Shown: piece after piece, positions 49,301 through 61,692 of the stretch
Layout: each line of letters begins with the position of its first letter
Numbering within the stretch: position 1 is the first letter of the stretch
Source of the DNA: Microbotryum violaceum
Lineage: Eukaryota
Assembly (NCBI GenBank): GCA_001244265.2
Contig: CDLV01000005.1
Coordinates: 930,001-994,000, forward strand
Length of the DNA: 64,000 bases
Reading direction: 5' to 3'
The notes under the pieces: model-generated
What the model saw: only the letters and a program-made list of their open reading frames with translations
Told to the model about the DNA's origin: nothing
The model's database searches: none
Translations under genes and position numbers: made by a program

Positions 49301-51607
49301 CGAGCGAGCAGGCCCAGGTCGACTCGGTAACACAGGTGCAATTCCGTTGGTTCGAGGCTGAGCAGACGACCAGGCCGAAGCTTTGGGCGGGAGTGCGGGA
49401 TGTTTGATGGGCAACACGGGCGGTGGTGGCGGTGGCGGTGGGGCATTGGAAGGTGGAGGCAAAGCATTGGCGTTCGCAGCTCGAGGCGTCGACGTGGAGC
49501 TCGACAGTCGAGTCTTGGCATCGAGTGCGGTACCTCCTGCTCGCGCCGAGCTCGATGTAGGAGCAGCTGCTGCAGGGTATCGCAGCTTGAGCTCGGCATC
49601 ATACGCCGCTCTGCACTTGGACCCGTCCTTGTCGATCTCGACCTTGATCCGCGAGCCATCGAGCAGCATCCTCATCCCAACCTGCGACCCGTTCCCCTTT
49701 TCGACCGCGTTCACGGCAGAGGCATTCCCATTCTGCGCCTTGCCCGCCTTAAGATTGGCCTGATACTGCTTCTTGACCTTTTCCTCGGCATCGGTCATGG
49801 GGCAATCATCGACGTATTTGATCCAGCACATGCCGAGATTGCCTCCCGTACGTCGATCGATCTTGACATCAAGAGTTTCGATGCGACCATAGAGCACAAA
49901 CGACTTGCGTAAATCTTGTATCGTCGTTTGCGAAGGGAACCCAGTGACGAGAACCGCCGAGGGTGCTCTCGAAGGCGCGGAGCCGATCGAGTTGTTGTCC
50001 CACTGCGAACTCACCATGGGTCAGCAAAGATCGAGCGGTCCGAATGATATTACCAAGACTGACGAGATAATGCAGCCGCCTCAGGGGTCGCTTTGCGCGC
50101 TCAGAAGCTTTCGCGCGACGCTCGATTGACTCAGTATCCTTGCGTCGAGGGTCCGTCACGTGACTCGCATCGATGCCTTCGCCGTCGTAGCGCGTCAGCA
50201 CCTCCTTGCCTTTCTTGCTCTTGTCGGTCTCTGGGTCGTACAGCACAAAGTAGTCCTTTACCCCCAAGGGCTTGTAGTGGAAAGGTACAATCGGTTTGCG
50301 AGGACTGCTCGGCTGTATCGTGCGAACTGGCTCCGCAAGTGTTGTCGACGAGGCGCGCTTCTCGGGGGAGACGGGCGTCTTCGACGACGAGGTCACCATG
50401 GGATCAGAAGCTTTAGATGGCAGAGGCAGGGGTGCGGAGGGTCTTCCTCGGGGTGGTGACCGGTCGCGATCTCGACGGGAGGAGGAAGCGGTCGGTCCCG
50501 GGGTCAATGAGTTTCGGTCTCGGTCATCTCGGGGACGGGTCGGATGTCGATCGTCGTGTCGGTGATAGGAATCGGATCGCCTTCGCCGCAAGAGCGGGGG
50601 CGTGTAGGAACGCTCCCTTCGACTCGAGTAGTAATCATCATCTCGCGAGTAACGATACCGACGGTCGTCGTCGTAGTCGTCGTAGTCGTCGTAGTCATCG
50701 TAGTCTCGGTCTCGGTCACGGTCTCGGTCTCGGCGATCGCGGTCCGACGGGTGGTAGCGCCGCGAGGATGGCGGTGGGGGTGAGCGCGACGAGTAACGCC
50801 TTCCGCGGCGGTCGCGATCATAGTCCGAGTCGTAGGCGTAAGGATCATCGCGGTAGTCGTCGCGGTAGTCGTCGCGGTAGTCGTCGCGGTAGTCGTCGCG
50901 GTAGTCGTCGCGGTAGTCATCTCGGTAGCGCGACCTCTTGGAAGGGCGGTAGGGCGAATAGCCTTCGGACGGGGACCGCTCCCTCCGACTGGACTGGCGC
51001 AGTGGAGGCGGCGAGCGCGAGTCACGGTATCGCCTTGATACGCGGGGGGAGCACGACGGCGACCTGCGTGACGAGGCCGACGGTGGAGGAGGTTTACGCG
51101 CTGACGAAGGACGTGAATCTGCTGAGGCCACATCGGAGTGAGAAGCTCGAGGTCCGGCGGAGGAGGTGCCATTAAGGCCAGGCGCGGCTGTCCGAGTTTC
51201 AGATCAAGCAGCCGCGCGTTCGAGAGAGCGACCGAGAGTGCACGAGACAAGAACAAGTCAGGACAGCCACGGTGGGAAGACTCCGAGAGGTCAGCAGGCT
51301 CATCGGAGACCATAAGAACCTTTGCCTGCATTTCTGAGCCGAAAGGAGACCTACCCGGGAATGTGGTGGCTGCAGCAGCCGACCGATTCGCGCTCGAGGC
51401 TGAACGCGCCTCGCTCGTCGTCGCAGCCGCCGTGAGGGTGGACTTCGCCGCAATAGTGGATGTTGCGGCAGCCGTCGAGGGCCGAGAACGCGTGGAGGAG
51501 CTGGATGAGGATCTGCGCCGTCGGGATGTCGAGGCCACCGGCCGCCACTCGTCCTCAACGAAGGGCGCCGGCTTGGCTGGCAGCGACGCGAGCCCACTCA
51601 AGCCCAT
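46312..51607 (-). CDS. SET1: Histone H3K4 methyltransferase Set1 (RRM, N-SET, SET, post-SET); multi-exon
   Basis: RRM VLVTGFP...[77 protein letters not shown], and the C-terminus [13 protein letters not shown]. Exon 1 runs from ATG 51607 and is spliced in phase 1 at about 51355 to 51188. Confidence 0.95.
50664..50930 (-). repeat. Coding tandem repeats in the Set1 N-terminus: 12-bp unit encoding (YRDD)~7, plus (RD)n and (DDY)n
   Basis: cggtagtcgtcg units lie at about 50851-50928, and tagtcgtcg and tctcgg units at about 50664-50735. Confidence 0.9.
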
Positions 51608-52044
51608 CCTGGCTTGAGATAGAGACAACCCTGTACCAGATCAGGGATGATACCTCTCCAAAGGTGGGCCAACCTCTTTCTTGGACCTCACTCCGGCAGA
51701 ACAGCCAAGTGTGAGACCCTGAACGGCACCGCAGGCACTGGTCGTTTGTGGTCAAGCACAAGGCCACAGCGCCGCCGAGCCGAACGATATTCAATCGCGC
51801 GTCGAGTGAGCAAATCCGGCCGCGTCGGCTTGGTGTTCTGCGAAACGAAATACATAATGATGAAATCCCGGCTCTCCTGTCCCGTGAGAGTTCGATATTC
51901 ACTTTTGTATCCTTGATCAACACGTTCTTGACAATTTTTACTAATCTCAAAATAAGGGGGAAAATTTACACCCCCTGACCCCAAGTTTCTACCTCCAAAG
52001 TACTTTCCGGCGACATGCTGGCGATGAACTCCAATCCAATACGT

Positions 52045-55000
52045 TTAGTTGACCCACTGTCGAGCGTTCTCAAAGATACGCATCCAAGGGCCCCTTCCTT
52101 GCCATGTCTTGGCCTCTCCGACCGGGTACCAACTGTTGCTCTCAGTCGTGACGACGCGTTCAGGGTGAGGCATCAACGCCAACACGCGGCCTCCGAGTGC
52201 TTCGACACCCGTCACGCCTTCGGGCGATCCATTCGGGTTAAAAGGGTAGACCTCCGTTGGCTGGCCGTGCGAATCGACGTAGCGTAACGAGATCGTTTTG
52301 AATTTGGCCGCTGTTGCACCAGCTGCCCAGGTCGCTCGACCTTCTCCATGGGCGACCGCGACGGGCAAGACGGACCCGTTCATTCCGCGCAAGAAAACGG
52401 ATTCTTCACCGTGGTTCGAAGCAACCTCGACCATCGAAACGCGGCCTTCGAATCGACCAGAGACGTTTTGCTTGAACAGCGGCCACTCCTCCGCTCCTGG
52501 GATCAACGACTTCAGCTGGCCGAAAAGTTGGCAACCATTGCACACGGCCAACGCGAACGTATCCTGGCGTTGCTGGAAGAAGGCCGTGAACTCGTCGCGC
52601 GCACCTTGGTGTAGGAGAATCGATTTCGCCCATCCGTTGCCTGCACCGAGAACGTCACCGTACGAAAACCCACCGCATGCTGCGAGACCCTTGAAGTCGG
52701 CGAGAGTGACCATACCCAAGATGATATCGGACATGTGCACGTCGATCGCGTTAAAGCCAGCGGCGTGGAACGCCCATGCCATTTCGATGTGGCCGTTGAC
52801 TCCTTGTTCTCGCAAAATCGCAACCTTGGGTCGATCGTTAAGCGTCGTGCCGAGCGAAAGGTAAGGGTCCGCGACATTCTTTGTCGGGTCGAAAGCAAGC
52901 TTGTAGAAGAGGCCCGTGTTGGACTCGTCGACGATGTTGTCAAACTCCTCCTGCGCACCTTTGGGGTCGTCGCGAAGGGTTTGCATCTTGTACGACGTCT
53001 CGGCCCATGCTCGCTGCAAGTCGGCACGCGTCGACGACCACAGCAAAGAGCCCTCGGCGGCAATGCTGATCGCTTGATCCGAACTGTCGACTCAGTTGAA
53101 ATTTCTTGTCAGATCCCAGGCCGAGGTACACAATGTATAATCATCAGGCCACAAGGCACTCACCGATCAGTAGCGACGCGACCAATGACGTGAATCAAGG
53201 TCGAAGGGAAGCCACTCTTGTTAAACGCCGAGCTTAATGTCGGTGCGTCCGATTGTCTAATCTGGACAACGGCGCCCAACTCCTCGTTGAAGAGCGCCGC
53301 AATGGGCTCACCTTGACCCCTGAACGAATCAACCATGATTTCAGCTCCGACGCGTCCAGCGAAGCACATCTCCACCACGGTCGTGAAAAGACCACCGTCG
53401 GAGCGATCGTGGTATGCGAGCACCACCTCGGGGTGGTGCTTGCGAATGCTCTGACAGCCGTTGAAGAAAGCCTTGAGAATCGCAGCGTCTTCGACATCGG
53501 GTGCCTCGGAACCAATTTCTTTGAAAACCTGGGCCAAAGCCGAGCCACCAAGGCGTTGCTTGCCTTTGGCCAAGTCGAAGAAGACCAAGACGGTAGGCTC
53601 GCTCTGGTCGGTGCGGAGCTCGGGGGTCCACGTCTCTCGGATCGACGCGACGGGTGCGAAAGCGGTAATGATGCACGAGATGGGTGAAGTGACGGTCTTG
53701 CGAGAACTTGTCTCGGCATCGTCCCAACCCATCGACATCGACATCGAGTCCTTACCGACGGGGATCGCAAGTCCAAGCTTGGGGCAGAGGTCCATACCGA
53801 TCGCCTGAACGGCTTGGTACAAGCCTGCGCCTTCGTTCTTGTACGATGCAGCGCACATCCAGTTCGCACTGAGCTTAACGCGCTCGAGTGAGTCGACCGA
53901 GGCCGCGGCGAGGTTCATGATCGATTCGGCAACGGCCATCTTGGCCGAAGCAGTGGGAGACAGCAGGGCGAGAGGTGTCCGCTCACCCATTGCCATCGCC
54001 TCACCAGTGACGACATCGAAGCCATACGAGGTTCGCGTGACGGCGACATCCGCGACGGGCGCTTGCCAGGGCCCGACCATCTGGTCTCGAGTGACGAGAC
54101 CCGAGATTGTACGGTCACTAATGGTAATGAGGAACGACTTTGACCCAACGGACGGTAAATGCAACACGCGATCCACGGCTTCGCTAATCAATTCCCGCGG
54201 CGATTCAGCTAGCGACGGAAGGTATGAACGCAGTGTCGAGTCAAAGGGACGGAGAGCGGGTCGAGTCGTCTCGGATCTTCTAGCCATCTTGGGCGGCTTG
54301 CCGAATAGGACCGACATCTGCAAGCGAATTGCATCTTGACCCAGCAATCGGTCGGTGACGACCAGTTCTTGGGCCTCGGTCGCGACACCGACGATGGAGT
54401 AAGGGCATCGTTCACGCTTGGCGATGCTCTCGAACTGGGCAATGTGCTCAGGTCCGACGGCGAGTACGTATCGCTCCTGCGACTCGTTGCACCAGATCTC
54501 CATCGGCGACATGCCCGGATCATCGATGAGGACGTCGCGGATCTCGAAGATGGCGCCGAGGTCGGCATCGTGAACAAGTTCGGGCAAGGCGTTCGAAAGA
54601 CCGCCTGCGCCGACATCGTGAACGGACTGAATCGGGTTCTGAGGTCCGAGTGCAGTGCAGCTGTCGAGCACTTGCTGGCAGCGTCGTTGCATCTCGGGGT
54701 TCTCACGTTGCACGGAAGCAAAGTCGAGGGCGGCAGAGCTTGAACCCGAGGCCATGGACGAAGCGGCACCACCACCGAGTCCGATGAGCATGCCGGGTCC
54801 TCCAAGAACAATCAAGTGAGCGCCCGGCGTAATCTTGTCCTTGAGTGCAAACTCGGGTCGAACGGTGCCGAACCCTCCTGCAATCATGATGGGCTTGTGG
54901 TACCCTCGAACCTCGGTCTTTCCTTGCTCGATGGCGGGTACCTCTTCGGCGAACGTGCGAAAGTAACCCGTGAGTCCCGGTCGACCGAACTCGTTGTTGA

Positions 55001-56264
55001 ATGCGCTCGAGCCGAGGGGGCCCTCGATCATGATGTCGAAAGCGCTGGCGATGTGGGCCGGCTTGCCGAAATTAGTCTCCCAAGGTTGCACAAAATCGGG
55101 GACGAGCAAGTTCGAGACGGTGAAGCCGGAGAGACCGGCCTTGGGCCTCGAACCACGTCCAACCGCGCCCTCGTCACGAATCTCTCCACCGGAACCAGTT
55201 GCAGCTCCGGGGAAGGGAGACACAGCCGTCGGGTGATTGTGCGTTTCGACCTTGATCAGGATCGGCATCGCTTCCTCCTTGGCCGAATAGACTGACATTT
55301 TGGCGTTCTCTGAAGCCGGTGCGGCCGCAAACCGAGGGGCCGACGAGCCTTCAATGACGGCAGCGTTGTCAGAATATGCCGAGATGGTGTGCTGAGGGGT
55401 AATCTTGTGCGTGTTTCGGATCATCGCAAAGAGCGAATGGTCCTGCGCGGCGTCGTCAAGAGTCCATGCGGCGTTGAAGATCTTGTGTCGACAGTGCTCC
55501 GAGTTGACCTGGGCGAACATGAAGAGCTCGACGTCGGTAGGGTTGCGCCCCGAAGCCGAGGAAGCGACAAAGGCATCGACGAGATAGTCGAGCTCGTCGA
55601 CGGCGAGAGCCAAGCCGAGTTCCTGATTCGCCTTGATGAGGGTCGTCTTCGCCTGCTCTCGATCTGCAGAAGCCGACTTGTCCCCGAGAATATCAATTGT
55701 TCGGAGAGGCGCGGGTGAGCCCCGCTCGAACATGGACTTTGCGGCCGGCTTGGAGTCGAGCAGGAGCTGGGTCATGCGGTCGTGAAGATGATGAGCCACG
55801 GGCGCGAGGTCGGCGACGGTGAGAGAGTCGCTGGCGCGGAAGACGAAAACGATGCCACGCTCGATGCGTTGCACGACGTCTGCGAGCTGGCACATCCGGG
55901 CGATGTCGGTCGCCTTGCTGGACCAGGGCGAGATGGTCCCAGCGCGAGGAGCGACGAAAATGACCGAGCTCGACAGAGAAGTGGTCGAAGCTTCAGCCGA
56001 CGAGCCCGCCAAGGCCGCCGCTACGGCATCCCGAGTCCCCTCGAGAGCGTAGTCATCGCCATAGTCGAGCAAAGTCTTCAAGATGGCCCGCTCGGAAGAG
56101 GACTCGGAATCGAGCTTGAGTGCGGTGTCGTCCGACCGGGCGGCGACGTAGTGAACGTAGACGGCATCGACCGAGACGAGCGAAGGCAACGCGATCGACA
56201 ACCGATTGAACAGAGCCGAGCGCTGGTTGGGGTGGAGCAACGAAGCACCGGGAAAAGCCAGCAT
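52045..56264 (-). CDS. ADE6: Phosphoribosylformylglycinamidine synthase (FGAM synthase, large PurL type); 2 exons
   Basis: [65 protein letters not shown], and the glutaminase domain [25 protein letters not shown]. Confidence 0.97.
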
Positions 56265-56789
56265 CTATTTGAATCGGGAGCGTAGAGGAGAAGAACCGAG
56301 GGCGAACAGCGGAGATGAATGGCAGGGTAGCAATTCCAGTACGGGAGCCGGAGACGAAGGCGGTTGCGAAGAGCAAAGGGGTGGGGTGGGCACCGAGTGT
56401 CAGTGCTTACATCGAGCGCCGCATTCTAGGACCACCGTGATCGCTCTCGGTAGCTGACCTTGCTCAGACCCAAGGTACAGGCTCGAAGGTGACGAGGCTG
56501 GTGAAGATGATGTAGCTGCCTCGAGTCGATCTAGCCAGTGCGAGGCTGTAGCTGGGCGCAGGCTCAGCCCAAAGTCAGTCCAAGGACCAATCGCCGTGGA
56601 AGCACAAGTATTGAGGCTCACAAGATGATCTGATCGTCTACCGAGTAAGAGTTGAGAAGCACCCTCCGGAATCCACAGTACAGCGCCGAGAGCACGAACG
56701 CGTTGACTCGTCGGGAGACTAGTACCGAGGTAGTACCGAGGTGAGGACCACCGACCGACGACTTGGCGAGTCAACGACTTCAGCTCAAC

Positions 56790-56862
56790 GTGCGCGGCGG
56801 CGGTGCGCGGCGGCGGTGCGCGGGCGGTGCGCGGCGGCGGTGCGCGGCGGCGGTGCGCGGCG
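56790..56862. repeat. 13-bp GC-rich minisatellite (GTGCGCGGCGGCG) x ~5.5, intergenic
   Basis: Units start at 56790, 56803, 56816 (11-nt variant), 56827, 56840 and 56853 (partial). Confidence 0.9.
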
Positions 56863-57202
56863 AGAGGCGCCGACCAAATCACTGCAGGGACAGGCAGGGG
56901 CACGGTCCATCCAGCACAACGCGCGGTCCAGCATCATCAACGCGTCGCCTTCGGACTCGTCAATCTTTTCTGCCCATATCGAACCATGGTACATTACACA
57001 GCAACTTGCAGAGGGAATATGCCGCGAGAAATGCAACAGCTATGGCATCTCTTGATTCAGGACGCCTGCCAAAAACCCACAATAGAATTTTCCAATCCCG
57101 GTCGATGTCCTGCATCTGGGTTACCCTTCAATTATAATTCTTGTACACTTCGTAACAGTCCCTCATCTATTGAATTGACCAACAGACATGCTTCGCCTGC
57201 AT

Positions 57203-58452
57203 CTACTTCTGCGTCGGCTTGCCCTTGGTCGTCGAAGCGAGCGCTTTGGCAATGTTGAGCGCGTTCGTCGGATCAGAGGCGGGTTTGACACCGATGTCTT
57301 GCTCGGCCAAACGTCCGCCCTTCTCAATCACCCAGTGGCACCGTCTGAAGCAGGATTGGAAGAATAGTCGTCAGTGTCCTTTGAGCCTCGCCTTGGCCCT
57401 GGAACGCTGACCTACTTCTTCGCATCGGTGGCACCCAAACGAGACAACAGCTCCTTCTTGGGATCCGACAACAACGTGTACGGAAGGTTCTTGACCTTCT
57501 TCCAGTTCATCTGAGCACCCGGCTTATCCGTCGAGAGGCCAACGACTTGGAAGCCGAGCTCGATGAACTCGCCGTGGATGTCACGATAGCCGCAAGCTTG
57601 GTTCGTGCAGCCCTGGACGTCAGTGAATGTCAAAGTTCGTGATGTCAGTCTCACCAGTCACGACGACGTGGAGGGAGGGGGCGTGCTTCGTCGGGACAGG
57701 GTGACCATCCGGCCATCGTCGATGTTATTTGACGTGCCCCAGCGTTGTCCTCGTTAGAAGTGGTGTAACTCACGGGAGTGTTCGCTCGAGGGTACGAAAA
57801 GATGACAAGTCTTCATTCACCGGAGTCAATCGGAGCGTTGGTCACGGGGCACATGAGAAATGGTCAGCGGTCAGAACGAACGAGGTACTGTTGAACAGTC
57901 ACATATTGTGTAGAAGACCGGTGTCGTAGCTTACCCGCTGGCATCATACAGGGACTTGAGTGACACCGGAGAATTGTTCTCTGTGGGGTCCATGCCAACA
58001 CCGGAGAGATTCTTCAGCAAACTGGTGCCGCGCACTCCAAGGCAAACACCCTACGTAAAGTGGAACCGACCATCCTGGAGCACGATGTCCTCAATTATGT
58101 CGTTGCGCTTGTAGACGCCATCCTTCTTGGCCTTTTTCGCAGCGGGTTCAGCCTCCTCGGCGGTTTGCTCGATCTCACCAGCCTTGCTAGCCTTGCCAGC
58201 CTTGCCAGCCTTGCCAGCGCCAACCTTGCTTGCCTCGGCGTCCTTGGAGGTCGACTGGGCCTCTTCTCCTTTCTTGTCCTTTGTACCGTTGGACGAGGTT
58301 TTGGTTTGCTCTTCATCTTTGGTAGGGGAGCTCGTCGCACCACCGGTGCCTCCTAGGCTTGAGCGCGTCGAACGGCGGGAGTGAGCCTCGGATGGAACGG
58401 GAGGAACAGACGACGAGTCTGCTGTCGAAGTCGAAGGTCGCTTGGGTGCCAT
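57203..58452 (-). CDS. DOT5: Peroxiredoxin Q/BCP with a basic N-terminal extension (nuclear Dot5-like); multi-exon
   Basis: Spliced [40 protein letters not shown] (peroxidatic C-x4-C), VVGLSTD, LPYTLLSDPK. The N-terminus has MAPKRP...PAAKKAKK. Confidence 0.9.
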
Positions 58453-58890
58453 GGTTGGGGAGCCGGGGTAGGTCTCTGCGGCGTTGTCGGAGGCGGGTGG
58501 GTAAAGAAAGGGCCCGGGGAGTCGAGGCTGCCCAGGTGGGGGTCAAACTGCTGGATCTCGTCACGTCGTCACGTCAGTTCCTGTCACGCCGCATGGTTCC
58601 AATCCATGTAATTCACCGCGGCTGAGAAACCGGAGCCCCCTCCATTCTGAGAAATCAATGTTCTCTTATACGAAGCACTATGCGTTCAAGACATGGTTTC
58701 AATGAGACCCAAAGTATCCAAGATTCTCCAGCTGAGCCACCGAAACACTGCAACCGTCACTGCTCGACTCCACACGAACTCACTACAGAATATTATGACG
58801 AAAGTTCCGACCAACCAAGACAAACTAGGAACACAATATCAGAAATCAAAGTACAGTCCTCTCCTCTACAGCCTCAAGAACGGATTCGCA

Positions 58891-61296
58891 CTACCAAACG
58901 CTCTCCCGGATCTTGAGCCAGGCGTAGCTCAAGTGACCCTTCTCCGCCTTGAGCAACCTCTTCTCCTCAGCATCCTCTGCCTTGACCGATTGACCTGCAC
59001 CGGCACCCCAGACGGCACCGGTATCAAAGTCGCATTCGAGTAAGGGGACCAAAAGCGGGCGGTCGGACTTCATCCAGAATTTATGCCAGATGCAGTAGCC
59101 GACAAAGAGGATGATGAAGTAGACGAGACCGATGTCTGCGCGCAAGAGAAGACCCACGCGCGTCAGCCCATTGGAATACACACTCGACCCTTTGCACCAT
59201 CACTCGTCACTCACAGACTGCGACAAGGTCTTGAGCCATCTTTCCATCCTCGTATGTCGTCGCGGCCCAGCCTTGGGCACCAAACATCGCAGCTCCCAAC
59301 ACCATCGCCAAGACTAGATCGGCACACGTTCAAACACCTGATCAGCTTCCATACCTATCACCGCATCTCAGCCAACTCACCCGGTAGCAGAAGTCCGAGA
59401 GGAGCACGATACGGGAGGTCGGAAACGTCTCGACGCTGTGCCTTGAAAGCGGCTCGGAAGCGGAGGTTGATCGCCGCGATCGAGATCCAGGTTACCAAAC
59501 TCAAGATGCCGGTGATGGAGAGAAGCCAGGTGAACGTTGCGCCCGTACCGATCGCCGAAGTGAGGAACGTTAGGAAGGAGATAAATAAGGTGAGGAGCAA
59601 AGCCGGGATGGGCACTCCTCGCTTCGTCGTCCATCCCATGATGGCAGGCGCCTTGTTCTCGCGGGCGAGGGCGGTCATCATTCGAGATGACGCGTAGAAG
59701 CACGAGTTCGTGGCGGACAGGACGGCCGTGAGGAGCACCGCATTGACGACGTGAACTGCAGCGCCAAAGCCTGCTTGGCGGAAGACGGTCGTGATGGGAC
59801 TAGCGGCGACGTCCGAGTTGTCGTAGGCCGAGAAGAGCGAAGGGTCGTTGCGGTTGATGCACAATCCGACGACCAAGACGGTCAAGACGTAGAAGAGGAC
59901 AATTCGGATGAAGGTCGCTTTGATCGCACGAGGAATGCTCTTGTGAGGGTTTGCACTCTCACCAGCGGCAAGGGCCACGAGTTCGACACCTCCGTAACTG
60001 TAGAAAGCGAAGGTGAACGACTTGGCGACACCGGAGAAGCCATCGAAGAATGGTCCATCACGGAAGTTGCTCAGGCCGGGGCCGGGATGCCCGATCACTC
60101 CGCCCCAGTCGTATATTAGGCCTACGATAATGAAGAGCACGATCATGATAACCTTGATGAGCGCGAGCCAGTATTCAGACTCTCCCCATGCCCTTGTGCC
60201 GAGGCAGTTGAAGGCAAAGACGGGCAAGATGACTGTGGGCGAGCAAAAGTGTGTCAGGACAGGAACCACCGCTGATTCGTCGACAGGTGAAGTACTGACT
60301 GATGAGACTCCATTCCCACGTCTTGAGCTTGTCGGTCCAATAGGATAAGCTGGAGTAACACGGGTGGGGTGTCAGACAGGTGTCTTCGTCACAGCGAAAC
60401 ATGACAGGGACGACCGTTGGCCGCCACGTACATGATCGAGGCTGCGATGAGCTCGGAAGGGATGGAGAAGGACCATTGCAACCAATAAGACCTTAGAGAG
60501 TTTGGGTCCTAGACTCAGCCCTCGCACAATGACAATCCGGGCGAAACCACTACTTACCATCCCAGCGTAAATCCAAGAGCGGGCGAAACGAAGCGCGAGC
60601 CAAAGGTCGAGAAAGCGCCCGAAACGGGGATCAAACTCGCCATTTCACCCAGGGTAAGGACGACGGCGAAGCAGAAGATGCCTGGAAGAGAACGTAGAGA
60701 TTGTTAGAGGTAACCGTGTCATTTGTTAGGCGCCCCGCGATCTCTTGCGTTGAAGCCGTATCATCCCCACCTCGTCTCTGATAGACTCACCGACGAGGAT
60801 GTAGGCGACTAGGGCGCCTCCGGCACCACCTGTTGCGACGACGGATCCAAGACTGAAAAAGATGCCCGTCCCTGTGGTCCAAGAAACATCCGGTCAGTTG
60901 CGTGCTCATTCCCAATCAAAATTTAAGCGTGTCCGTGTGCGATTGCGATTGCCCCGCGGCGAACCCGAAACATCTAGTGCAGCTGCGGGTGGGTTGTTTC
61001 GGGTCGACCGCCCCGTTCGATGAGAGCTAGCACCAGCCTGCCTCACCAGCGCACACAGCACGGGCACGCAATGACTCATTCATAGACAGGAACTAACCGA
61101 TAGTTCCTCCAATCGCAACAAAAGACAGATGCCTCGGCTGCAACGTCCTGGGCAGTGGGGCCTTATTCCCTTCGCCGAGCAACTTGTGGAGCGCTTTGGT
61201 GGGCGCTTGGTTCTCGCTGGCCGACTGCGAAGATGGCGAGCGTTCCAACGAGTGTTTCTCGGCCGAACCCTCAGCGGCGTCGATCGGTGACGACAT
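58891..61296 (-). CDS. Amino-acid permease (APC superfamily, YAT family); many exons
   Basis: LPRTLQPRHLSFVAIGGTIGTGIF, LGEMA...PVSGAFSTFGSRFVSPALGFTLGW, WGESEYWLALIKV, YSYGGVELVALAAGESANPHKSIPRA, NAVLLTAVLSATNSCFYASSR. Confidence 0.92.
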
Positions 61297-61692
61297 GCTT
61301 GTCCTATGCGGGGCTGCCCGTGAGTTCTTGAGAAGGGAGTGATCAAGAGGGGGAGGGGGAGCACAGTCGAGTCGGTGGCCGGGAGAGCGGACGCCGGAGG
61401 GAGAGGACGGAGGCCAGCTCTGGCCAACTTCGCAATCGTGTCCCGTGCGAGGCCGCGAGGAGCGGCCGAGTCCCCGAATGTCAATCACGCAACCGAAGCC
61501 GAGCTGAACGTATGCACTTTTTTCTGTGCGGTGTTTGATCAATTCCCACATAGACGATAGTGGATCAGCGCAGCACTATATAAAAGCACAGTGATGTTCT
61601 CCAAGATGTCGATTGTGCTCACGTGTATTGCATGTTTTCAAAGTGTACGAGTAGATGCAAAGGGTACACCGTCCGAAGTAATTACATCACGA

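Noticed and set aside
53085-53165. TGATGA...CTGA (box C/D-like) within the ADE6 intron on the minus strand
   Set aside because: The intron is only about 80 nt and the CTGA coincides with the branch-point region, leaving too little room for an intronic snoRNA.
47049-55718. Long antisense or alternate-frame ORFs over SET1 and ADE6 (likewise over NIK1 and the NTF2-like gene)
   Set aside because: These are the shadow ORFs expected in GC-rich, codon-biased coding DNA.
56400-57258. Overlapping Arg/Ala/Gly-rich ORFs upstream of ADE6
   Set aside because: They are produced by the stop-free GC minisatellite and show no coding signature.
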